From positions 416,562 to 480,561 of the forward strand of contig JBIKVZ010000001.1 of the NCBI GenBank assembly GCA_044356525.1: a DNA stretch of 64,000 nt. The letters run 5' to 3'. Under the pieces are notes generated by a model, which did no database searches, was not told the DNA's origin, and saw only the letters and a program-made list of their open reading frames with translations. Every line of letters begins with the position of its first letter. Within the stretch, counting starts at the first letter, position 1. A program made the position numbers and the translations under genes. The DNA comes from Rickettsiales bacterium. GTDB taxonomy: Bacteria > Pseudomonadota > Alphaproteobacteria > Rickettsiales > RGZB01. Positions 29,701 to 37,812 of the stretch are shown here, piece by piece.

Positions 29701-29923
29701 CGTCCTTCGTTAACCAAAAATTAAACATCTTCTGCTATATTCTACTTATAAAACAGGTGGGTGTGGATGATTTTTGATTGGTCGCGCTCGGGGGTGGGTG
29801 AAACGAGGTTGTTGTAGACCACTAAGAGGCCACATGGAAAGAAAAGATGCAATACAGTCCGTAAGGAAAGCCATCTTGCAGGCATAGAGGGAAAATTCTC
29901 TCGCCATTTCGGCCATTGATCTG

Positions 29924-31036
29924 GTGGATAAAGCGCTGTGGGAGGAATTCCGCATGAAGGCCCAGTTCGGGTATGAGCAAACTTTTCGTATCGTTCCTGA
30001 AGAGCCTGGCCGTGGGAAGAAAGGGCCGCTGGACGCTAGGAATATCGAAAGGGAATTTCTGGGGCTGGAGGCAAGTGGAAGGCCGCTTCCGAAGCAAGGA
30101 AAAGAATTCCGCCCCATCATTGTGAAATTCCACTACGACAACGAACCGCAGAAGTTTGAAGCAGTAACAAACGTCGGCTCGGCCAAGCAGGTGGCGCGGT
30201 GGGTGGTGATGTTCAGAGAGCTCGCCACTGCGCTGGCACCGGAATATCCTTCCACAAAAACAGCCTCTTTCCAAGGCTCCCATGTGTTGGACCTTACTTC
30301 GCCGTTTGGTGGGCCTATGCGGAAATATACGAATACTAACGGCATCCATGTGAACTTCAGCATCCTCTTCAATGGTGAAAACGGATTTGAGAACCGCGCC
30401 TTACAGATGCATACAATCCATGGCGTGAAGACCTTGTCAGAAGAAACAACGCTTATGGTAGCGCTCTATCCCAATGACTACGAGCGGTATAAAATCTCGG
30501 GCACACACAAGCCAAACTATATCGGGGTAACGGAAGGGAAGGATGATAAGTCCCTTAGGGTGGTAGACGAAGGAAGGTTGAGGCCGCACAAGCGCCGCGT
30601 GGAGGACAGAGTTCCGAGCTCCAGCGCTAATCCGTATTACGCCAGTCTCAGAGTGCTGGTGGGGATGTATCTGGGCCTGGGGGAAAACGTAGCGCTGGAA
30701 CAGGACGGCGAGAAACCGAAGCTAGAAGTTGCTCCTGCTGAATACGGCTATCTTGAAAAGGCCGCCAAATCCGAGGGAGGATTGCCAGCATATCTGAAAA
30801 GTTTCTTTGTTGCCCCTAAAGAAGTGCCGGTAAAAGAAGAAGCCCCCCTCCATGTCATTCCAAAAGATATCGGGGCGGCGATAGAAGAATTCAGGGAAGG
30901 CAAAATACTACGCGAATCCCTTAATGAACTCAGCATGAAATACGGCGAGGGTAGTCCGGTTGGCGACCTTGTTCATGCTCAGGTGTTGCAACGCGCCAGA
31001 GATAATGCGCACGAAGGGCCTACCAAAAGCATGTAG
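29924..31036 (+). CDS. divergent glutamine synthetase-like (GS catalytic domain) protein
   Basis: NGIHVNFSILF (compare GS GxGxHxNFS) and RVEDRVPSSSANPYYASLRVLVGMYLGL (compare GS R-x-E-x-R-x-P-x3-NPYL). An in-frame ATG at 29834 is separated from the ORF by a TAG at 29885-29887. Confidence 0.55.
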   Translation: MDKALWEEFRMKAQFGYEQTFRIVPEEPGRGKKGPLDARNIEREFLGLEASGRPLPKQGKEFRPIIVKFHYDNEPQKFEAVTNVGSAKQVARWVVMFRELATALAPEYPSTKTASFQGSHVLDLTSPFGGPMRKYTNTNGIHVNFSILFNGENGFENRALQMHTIHGVKTLSEETTLMVALYPNDYERYKISGTHKPNYIGVTEGKDDKSLRVVDEGRLRPHKRRVEDRVPSSSANPYYASLRVLVGMYLGLGENVALEQDGEKPKLEVAPAEYGYLEKAAKSEGGLPAYLKSFFVAPKEVPVKEEAPLHVIPKDIGAAIEEFREGKILRESLNELSMKYGEGSPVGDLVHAQVLQRARDNAHEGPTKSM

Positions 31037-31056
31037 AGACTGTAAGCGAAAAAGCC

Positions 31057-31259
31057 CCATTTTCTAGGGACACTACAGGGACACTAGAGGGTAAATAATG
31101 AGGACAAAGGGCAATAGGTGGTAATCAAGCGAGCCTTCTGTAATCCGCCGTGGCTTTGTTAAGTAGCGTTATAGATTGTTGTGGCGTGTTTTATGCAGAG
31201 GACTTAAAATCCCTCGAAGGTTAAACTTCGTGCCGGTTCGATTCCGGCCGCGAGCACCA
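31057..31259 (+). repeat. Repeat A copy 2 (arm plus 3' half of tRNA-Leu)
   Basis: Aligns with copy 1 along its full length with scattered substitutions. The tRNA 3' half (31200-31259) is identical to copy 1. Confidence 0.85.
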
Positions 31260-31385
31260 TAAGCCCAATTCGATTCTCTTGGTTTCAATTAAGCACAGAC
31301 GCAAAAAGAAAGCGGCCCTTTATAGAACGACAGATAAAATGGGATTTCTCGGTTGGCCTATTATTAATAGGTAGTGATAATTAAA

Positions 31386-31976
31386 TTACCGGTCTCTACT
31401 CGGTTTTTTTGGCGTATCATCTGGGCCATCTGAGCCGTATTTTCCTCTTAGAGCATCTTCCCTATCGCGGTAATTACGGTGGACATTGTCAACCATACCA
31501 TCAAAACGTTTGAGCGCCTCACGATCAACATAATCGGGGAGCGACTTATCTTTATGATTGCTATATTCATATACATATCCATGTGCCTCTGGTGCATTTT
31601 GCATCCAACTATTATCGGGGTTAAAATCACGAGCTCTTGGAAAATTTAGTTGTTTCCTGGAAAGTCCATCATTATTGCCCAAATTATCCAAGTAATTATC
31701 AATTTGCTTTCTTTCGACCGCTGTTTCTACGCTGTGTTTATAAACATCTTTTATCATCTCGCCAGCCTTACGCAGGAGCGTAAGGTTCTCAATGTGTTCT
31801 TCAACACTAGCGGGTGTTGCGAATTGGATTTTCACGGTTCCTCGACCAGGAGATTCTACAAGTGCTGTTCCCATGTCAAATCCAGCGTGGCCCAGTACTT
31901 TGTTCCAGTGCTCAACGCGTATAACAGAGTCTGCTCTATCGCGCTCTTCCCACATTTTATTGGCCCAACCGTTCAT
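31386..31976 (-). CDS. hypothetical protein (196 aa)
   Basis: Track ORF, third in a tightly packed three-gene minus-strand set. No motif recognised. Confidence 0.5.
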   Translation of the reverse strand: MNGWANKMWEERDRADSVIRVEHWNKVLGHAGFDMGTALVESPGRGTVKIQFATPASVEEHIENLTLLRKAGEMIKDVYKHSVETAVERKQIDNYLDNLGNNDGLSRKQLNFPRARDFNPDNSWMQNAPEAHGYVYEYSNHKDKSLPDYVDREALKRFDGMVDNVHRNYRDREDALRGKYGSDGPDDTPKKPSRDR

Positions 31977-31985
31977 TCTTCTCGC

Positions 31986-32306
31986 CTATGCCGAGGATGC
32001 ATTACCAGAATTAGAAGGTTTATAATCGCGTTCAGAAGCAACAGAAACACTCAGCGGCGATTTTTTGAAATCGAAAGTGGAATCAGGATACACATCGGCC
32101 AGTTTTGGTCTGGAAAAAAAGAGAGCATCTGATGTTCTCCTTTTTTCTTCTTCAGGAACAGCGGCTTCAAAATCTAGCAGCCTTCTGAACTCGCCGATAT
32201 AGGCCCGCTCCAGAATCCTGTTTCTGTTCTTAGACAAAGATTCACCGGGCTGAATATACTCAGCAAGAATGTTATTAGCTTCTGAAGAAGAGTCTGATTT
32301 TGCCAT
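31986..32306 (-). CDS. hypothetical protein (106 aa)
   Basis: Track ORF, 9-bp gap to the next gene. No motif recognised. Confidence 0.45.
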   Translation of the reverse strand: MAKSDSSSEANNILAEYIQPGESLSKNRNRILERAYIGEFRRLLDFEAAVPEEEKRRTSDALFFSRPKLADVYPDSTFDFKKSPLSVSVASERDYKPSNSGNASSA

Positions 32307-32360
32307 GATAATTCAAAAGTAAGTTTCTCTAGGTATGGAGCTTGGTTGTGGCTTTGTTAA

Positions 32361-33119
32361 TTAGTAGCGCTCAGTCACACGCTGTGTTGATGCAGTAACA
32401 GCCAGCGCTTTGCCCGCCTCGACCTCTTTTGAACGTTCTTCAATGAATTTTTGTAAGGGGGTTTCATTGCCCGCCCAGTTGTCTATCAAAGGTTCTGCTT
32501 TGGTAGCCTCAACGGCCCGTTCTAGGCCTTTTATCATAGTGGCACTCCATTCATCACCTTTCTTAACAAGTGGTGTTACGGTAGAATCACCATCCAGTAT
32601 GCCTCGCGCAAGATTTGCAGCAGCGGATACTGCAGGCTTAAGTTTAGTGGCGAGCTCTCTTGCCGCATCCACGTCTGTTTTACTTAACTGAACCACAAGC
32701 ATGACCATGTTCTGTGCAATGTTTGCCGCTGCAGCGACACCCTCTGCACGGGTTGGATTTTCAGCGGCCATATTAATACCGCTATTACCCCAGTTTGCTT
32801 TTAGCCAATAGATCGGTTCTTCCTCGGGCGCCCCTGTTTTCGCTAGTCTTTGCAGATCCAATACAGCTGCTTCTGCTTTTTGCGTCACCTGCTCGGAAAG
32901 TGATTTATCTACTTCTTCGGGCGAAATCGGAGCACCCGTAAGCTGATTAATTGCCTTTGGATCTAGCGCAAGCAGCACCTTGCCAGCATAGCCCTTCTGG
33001 CCCGATGTCTTCATTTCTTCAAGCCTATTATCTAAACGTAACTGGTCTTGCTCGGAAAGGATGCCCGATTCTACCATTATATGTCCAAGTGGCTTAACAG
33101 TCTCCAGACTCATCTTCAT
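32361..33119 (-). CDS. hypothetical protein (252 aa), Ala-rich helical
   Basis: Track ORF with RBS AGGAGG before the ATG. No motif recognised. Confidence 0.5.
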   Translation of the reverse strand: MKMSLETVKPLGHIMVESGILSEQDQLRLDNRLEEMKTSGQKGYAGKVLLALDPKAINQLTGAPISPEEVDKSLSEQVTQKAEAAVLDLQRLAKTGAPEEEPIYWLKANWGNSGINMAAENPTRAEGVAAAANIAQNMVMLVVQLSKTDVDAARELATKLKPAVSAAANLARGILDGDSTVTPLVKKGDEWSATMIKGLERAVEATKAEPLIDNWAGNETPLQKFIEERSKEVEAGKALAVTASTQRVTERY

Positions 33120-33378
33120 AGATTGCCTCCTAATTCAGGCTATACCCCGCCTTATTATTCTATGCGCAAGTAGTTAAAGAATGGTTAAAAATTAGCGCCT
33201 ATCGCATCTATTGTTATTTTTGAGGGCAATAGTGGGGGCGGCAGGTATGCCGCTGGCACGATAAGAAGATTAACCTACGCCAAGCGATGCAATCATCGGC
33301 CTGAGAATGATGGGCGCACCTTGTTCAATAGAAGGGGACTGCTTGAAGAACCCTAAGAGCTAATTGTCATTTATTTAG

Positions 33379-33529
33379 TTTTATTCTCAGGGACACTACA
33401 GGGACACTAGAGGGTAAATAATGAGCACAAATGGCAATAGGTGGTAATCAAGCGAGCCTTCTGTAACCCGCTGTGGCTTTGTTCTGTAGCGTTATGGATT
33501 GTTGTGGCGTGTTTTATGCAGAGGACTTA
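33379..33529 (+). repeat. Repeat A copy 3 (arm only; ends inside the core at GGACTTA)
   Basis: Same GGGACACT x2 and downstream arm. Homology stops at 33529 and no tRNA 3' half follows. Confidence 0.8.
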
Positions 33530-33762
33530 TGCGGTAGTCCAGCGCCACCCTAAAACTATCAGGTGAGAAATCAGGTATGGGGGCATCTCTTTAATAAAAG
33601 ATTTGAATTATTATTATTTAGTACCCTGGGCGCAGAGATGCAAAATATTTTTACCCACAATCTGATTTTAGTTAATAAATATTCTGTCTAGTTGAGGGGT
33701 GGTATATGAAGTCTTTGAATGACGAACTTCAACTTCATCTGAAGTAAGTTCAGATTCTTGTT

Positions 33763-34293
33763 GTGGGCCCTAGCGCAGAGACAAATAAACTAATTAAAGA
33801 AATTTTTTTAGTACTTGGCTTTAAGCATATTTACACCGCTACTGATCCGGCGGAGGCCGTAAGTATGCTGAGAGAGGTTCGCATCAGCATTATCATCACC
33901 GACCATACTCTCAAAATCTCCCCTACTTCTGATAGTATTTCTATTGATTCTTCTGGCTTACAGATTAAAGGTGTTGAATTGGTTAGGAGCATCCGCTTAT
34001 CGAAAAATTCTCCAAGTCCCTATGTAGCTATCTTGATGGTGGCTTCCAGCAACCTCTCTGGCGAAGAAGCTACCACAATGCGAGATAGTGGTGTGAATGG
34101 CCTGCTGCTACGCCCGCTGGAAGCAGAACAGCTCTGCAAAAAGGTGCGTGACATCATCGAAAGTCCCCGAATCTTTATTACGTCCAAAGAGTACGCTGGG
34201 CCGTGTCGAAGAATCCATAAAACTAAGTGGACGGCAGCAAAAGAGCGGCGGAAAAAACAAATCCAGGTGATTTCTTCCAGAGCCAAAGCATAA
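33763..34293 (+). CDS. receiver (CheY-like) domain protein, degenerate; probably disrupted at its 5' end
   Basis: FKHIYTATDPAEAVSMLREVRISIIITDHTL and ILMVASS fit a REC fold. The beta-1 strand VQILVV lies upstream of the track start and after an in-frame TAA (33745-33747). That stop follows ATG 33706, which has RBS GAGGGGTGG. Confidence 0.55.
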   Translation: MGPSAETNKLIKEIFLVLGFKHIYTATDPAEAVSMLREVRISIIITDHTLKISPTSDSISIDSSGLQIKGVELVRSIRLSKNSPSPYVAILMVASSNLSGEEATTMRDSGVNGLLLRPLEAEQLCKKVRDIIESPRIFITSKEYAGPCRRIHKTKWTAAKERRKKQIQVISSRAKA

Positions 34294-34315
34294 ATTTTTA
34301 CACAAGGAGAGCTTT

Positions 34316-34846
34316 ATGGCGAATGATAACGATATTAAATCTATTGCCGAACCCTATGCTTTGGCGGCGGATTTGACGCTAAAAGAGCTGCTGGGCCCTA
34401 AAGAGCGCCTGGATAAAATCTTTTCAGAAGAAAATATTTCGCGCAGCCAGGCGCTTATTGACGAAGCAAAAAGCAGCTTCTTCGAATCCGCAAGGCCACT
34501 GGTGACAAGCATTTGTAATGCCGCCAAAGTAAATGTGGATATGAAAATTGGTCAGGCACAGCTCAAAACCATCTCTCAAGAGGCGCAGTCGCTTCGGCAG
34601 CAAGCTGACACGCTCAGTTTTCCTTTTGTCGTAAGTGTTTGCTCAAATATTGAGCTTGTGGCGCGGACTGCTGGGAAGTTGGATTTTGATTATACAAAGC
34701 TCATTCGCGAACTTACAAACCTACTCACACTAGCCTTTCAGATGAAAATTATTGATGAAGGTGGTGGAGTGGGTCATAGCGTTATCGAAGCCCTCAAAGT
34801 TCTATCAAATACAATCAAAGGTATAGCAGTTGGCGCCAGCGCCTAA
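34316..34846 (+). CDS. hypothetical helical protein (possibly HPt-like four-helix bundle, no conserved His seen)
   Basis: 176-aa track ORF with RBS AAGGAGAG, directly downstream of the receiver gene. Confidence 0.45.
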   Translation: MANDNDIKSIAEPYALAADLTLKELLGPKERLDKIFSEENISRSQALIDEAKSSFFESARPLVTSICNAAKVNVDMKIGQAQLKTISQEAQSLRQQADTLSFPFVVSVCSNIELVARTAGKLDFDYTKLIRELTNLLTLAFQMKIIDEGGGVGHSVIEALKVLSNTIKGIAVGASA

Positions 34847-35042
34847 GCGGGGCATCCATCGGAATACGCTAGAAACCATAGTCCAGGGGTTTTCCCTTCT
34901 ACCGCAGCTCTTCTGTGATAACAAAGAGCTCGTATTCAATTTTAGGGCCGAGATACGGCCTTTTTTAAAAGCCTCTATGTCCCAATTGGGATTAAAATTC
35001 CTATCCTTATAGGAATTTATCATCGTGGCTAGTGCCTGGAAA

Positions 35043-35062
35043 GTTGGCTGAGACTAGGACTC
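35043..35062. repeat. distal att repeat of the tRNA-Gln island
   Basis: GTTGGCTGAGACTAGGACTC versus GTTGGCTGGGAGACTAGGACTCGAACC at 44075-44101 (3' end of tRNA-Gln). Confidence 0.7.
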
Positions 35063-35168
35063 ACATTTAAACATTAAGTATCTGTTATATAATAATAGTT
35101 AGTAATACACTTTCCTGATGTGCCCCCAAATATGCCCCCAGCCCACTCAGTTGGGGACTTGTCAGGCC

Positions 35169-37799
35169 TTAGTGAGCGTCTGCAAGAAGCTCGTCAATCC
35201 CAGCTTGAAACTCTGGCATCCTTTGGGCTTCATTGTAGAAGGGCAGTCCCCACACCACAAACTTCTTCCCCTTCCACAATTGCTCAATAACGGAGTTTGC
35301 CCGAAGCGTTTTGAGGAAGCTTTCCTTCCATGCATCATTGGCTAGCAGATGGCCACCCTTTGGCTCAATAAAAACCTGATAATGCATGGTGTCCGTTTTT
35401 TGTTTACCAACTAAGAATAATACAAAGTCTGGCTCAAGTGCCTTGCCGTCATCAAAGTTATATAACTTGAAGTGTCTCTCATTTCGTACAAGGTAAACTT
35501 CGGCAAACTTAGCCTTCAACACATCGATGTGCTTATCTATGTATTTAATAAGAAACTTTTCTTCAGACGTGCCATAACAATCATTGAATACAAACCAATT
35601 TCTTGTGTTGGCACTCAAATCTAAATGGAAAGCTATGTTGGCGCTATCATTCATGGATTGGCCAAACTGCTTGTCTTCTGTTTCGTCTTCAGCAAAATTC
35701 AACGTCTTATCAAAAAACACAGAGTTGACCATTTTAGGCTTAAACTCTGAGGTGCCTTTGTACTCTATCTTATCACCAGCAATTGCAATTGCTATTTCTG
35801 CCAGAACTTTGGTAGAGGCATACAGCTTATCATCTGCACTAAGGTTATCAAGTTGTTCGGGCAGAGCTTGAATTTCCACCTTTACTTTACCAAGATAATT
35901 ATCAGCCATTAAAAATTCTTTAGCGGTCTTTAGGTGGGGCAGATGATTTTTTAGGTTAGAAAATTCAAAAAATTCAAATTGGCGCATAGCTCTATGCAGC
36001 ACATTCAAGCCAAAACCATTAAGAGAAAAATATTTCTCTTTGCGCTGTATAGCCGGACTTGTTTCCCTGTTTTCAGCAAAAGCTGTCTCGGATTTAGCAA
36101 AGCCAGTATGCAATTGTACCTTATAAAGCTTCTGTATCAGCGTATTCGGCAAGCCCATAACATCGGCACGGTCATATTTTTTACGGTCATTTAAGAATAT
36201 ATAGCCTGCCTTAAAGAGATGCGTAGCCTTAAAGCTCTCTTTTAACTTCACGGTACGTTGTTTGGTCTCTTTGGCTATAATCCCCGTTTCGCGGAGAGCA
36301 GTGTAAAGCTCCTGAATGTACTTGGGGTTATGTGCGCTGTGATAATATAATTCTTCACAAATTCGCATTTCATTTTCTAGGTCTTTGTCAAACTTACGTT
36401 TGTCAGTCGGCTGGTCAGCCAAAAGGCGGAAGGGACAATACCGCGCACCACGGCCAATTAGCTGCGCCTCACTCATGGTGGTCTTGCCTATGCGATTGCC
36501 TGCATTGCTATCGCGCTTATCATAAAGTCGCACAATATCGAAAAGATTTAGAACATCCCACCCTTCGTTAAGCTTATCTACTGCAAAAACAGCTCGGTAT
36601 TCATTAGATTCTAGTGAGTTAACAGCAATCTGCTTCTGCTCACTCTCTTCTTTGCTATTTACTTCAATTAACTTTTCGGACGAAAAATCGCTCTTCAATT
36701 CTGTAATTAGGTTTTCGGGCGTAATTTTATTAGCATCAAAATAGTCGAATGCCGCTTTAAGAACGGCATCGCCTACTTTGTCTCTCAGAGTCTGGAGTTT
36801 GGGAACACTTAGGGTAGCTATACCATCATTAAACGCTTCAAAAAATTCCTTACTTTCTTTGATGGTCTTCGATTTAAAGAGTAAAACGGGCTTGATGGTC
36901 AATTTATTCTTTTCAAAAATCTTCCGCCGATATTGCGAAAGCAGGATTGCCTGTAGTGCTCGCTCAAGGGGCGGCAAATCAACCTGTAAAACTTTTACCT
37001 CTTTTGAATAACCATCTATACGAAAATCCTTGAGGGGATAATCGAAAATTAGCTTTGGCTTATATTTTTTAGCAAGGCTTTCTTCTGAAAAATCAATGGT
37101 AGCCGTAAATTCTAGTAGTGTGTTTTCTGGATGGGCTTCAAATATACGCTTAACCGTTCCTTCCCAGCTATCTATCTCCAAAAGGTCACCGGTAGTAGCA
37201 CCACGTCGGGTATCAACGTTTATGTGGTGAGCTTCATCTGAAATAAGGACAATTTTTTTATTCTCAAAATCATCATAGGTTAAAGCCCCTTCGCGAGGGT
37301 TATTGAGAGCCATGTGCAGCCCCTGAATAGTTGAGAAAACTATGTTCAAATCATCGGGGTTCCCAGCTTGAAAATTATCCACCTCGCGAATAGCAAACTG
37401 CTTTTCGCCGATTGCTAGTCGCTCTGAGAAAAGGTACTTGGCAGAAAGCGGGTTTAGGAAGTTATCACGGGTCTTTTGGATAATATTACTGCTGTTCACA
37501 AAAAATAAGAAGTTACGGTAGCCTTGCTGATAAAGATGCAGCATTAGCCCCGCCATTATTAATGTTTTTCCACTACCAGTAGCCATGTGGAATAAAAGCT
37601 GGTGGTTTTGGCGTGGTTTGCCCTCAAACGACTCATTCCAGTACTTCAAGAAAAGCTGAAAGGCCTTGTGCTGATAATGGCGTAAAGCAAATTTGGGGCT
37701 AAGATTAGCCACCATGTGAGGGGGTACTTCGGTCTTATCGATAAACTTCTTGCCAAACTCTTCAATTAGACCTTGGTGGAGCGTCTTTATCTCGGTCAT
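35169..37799 (-). CDS. res: Type III restriction enzyme, Res subunit (SF2 helicase-nuclease)
   Basis: 876 aa. Motif I HMATGSGKT, motif II LISDEAHH, and helicase C region QLIGRGAR. Immediately downstream of mod. Confidence 0.88.
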   Translation of the reverse strand: MTEIKTLHQGLIEEFGKKFIDKTEVPPHMVANLSPKFALRHYQHKAFQLFLKYWNESFEGKPRQNHQLLFHMATGSGKTLIMAGLMLHLYQQGYRNFLFFVNSSNIIQKTRDNFLNPLSAKYLFSERLAIGEKQFAIREVDNFQAGNPDDLNIVFSTIQGLHMALNNPREGALTYDDFENKKIVLISDEAHHINVDTRRGATTGDLLEIDSWEGTVKRIFEAHPENTLLEFTATIDFSEESLAKKYKPKLIFDYPLKDFRIDGYSKEVKVLQVDLPPLERALQAILLSQYRRKIFEKNKLTIKPVLLFKSKTIKESKEFFEAFNDGIATLSVPKLQTLRDKVGDAVLKAAFDYFDANKITPENLITELKSDFSSEKLIEVNSKEESEQKQIAVNSLESNEYRAVFAVDKLNEGWDVLNLFDIVRLYDKRDSNAGNRIGKTTMSEAQLIGRGARYCPFRLLADQPTDKRKFDKDLENEMRICEELYYHSAHNPKYIQELYTALRETGIIAKETKQRTVKLKESFKATHLFKAGYIFLNDRKKYDRADVMGLPNTLIQKLYKVQLHTGFAKSETAFAENRETSPAIQRKEKYFSLNGFGLNVLHRAMRQFEFFEFSNLKNHLPHLKTAKEFLMADNYLGKVKVEIQALPEQLDNLSADDKLYASTKVLAEIAIAIAGDKIEYKGTSEFKPKMVNSVFFDKTLNFAEDETEDKQFGQSMNDSANIAFHLDLSANTRNWFVFNDCYGTSEEKFLIKYIDKHIDVLKAKFAEVYLVRNERHFKLYNFDDGKALEPDFVLFLVGKQKTDTMHYQVFIEPKGGHLLANDAWKESFLKTLRANSVIEQLWKGKKFVVWGLPFYNEAQRMPEFQAGIDELLADAH

Positions 37800-37812
37800 T
37801 TTACTTCACCAC

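Larger units (their letters stand above)
17975..33529 (+). mobile_element. composite integration hotspot at tRNA-Leu(UAA): remnants of several integrative modules, no cognate integrase in window
   Basis: Split tRNA halves, repeated left-arm and right-arm sequences, and a shared 13-bp core GGACTTAAAATCC at the junctions (18004, 29641, 31200; partial at 33523; degenerate at 27216). Confidence 0.55.

Noticed and set aside
29539-29724. 61-aa ORF running through Repeat A copy 1 and the tRNA 3' half
   Set aside because: The equivalent frame in copies 2 and 3 is closed by early stops (for example ATGAGGACAAAGGGCAATAGGTGGTAA). It reads through tRNA sequence, and the conservation is at nucleotide level, not protein level.
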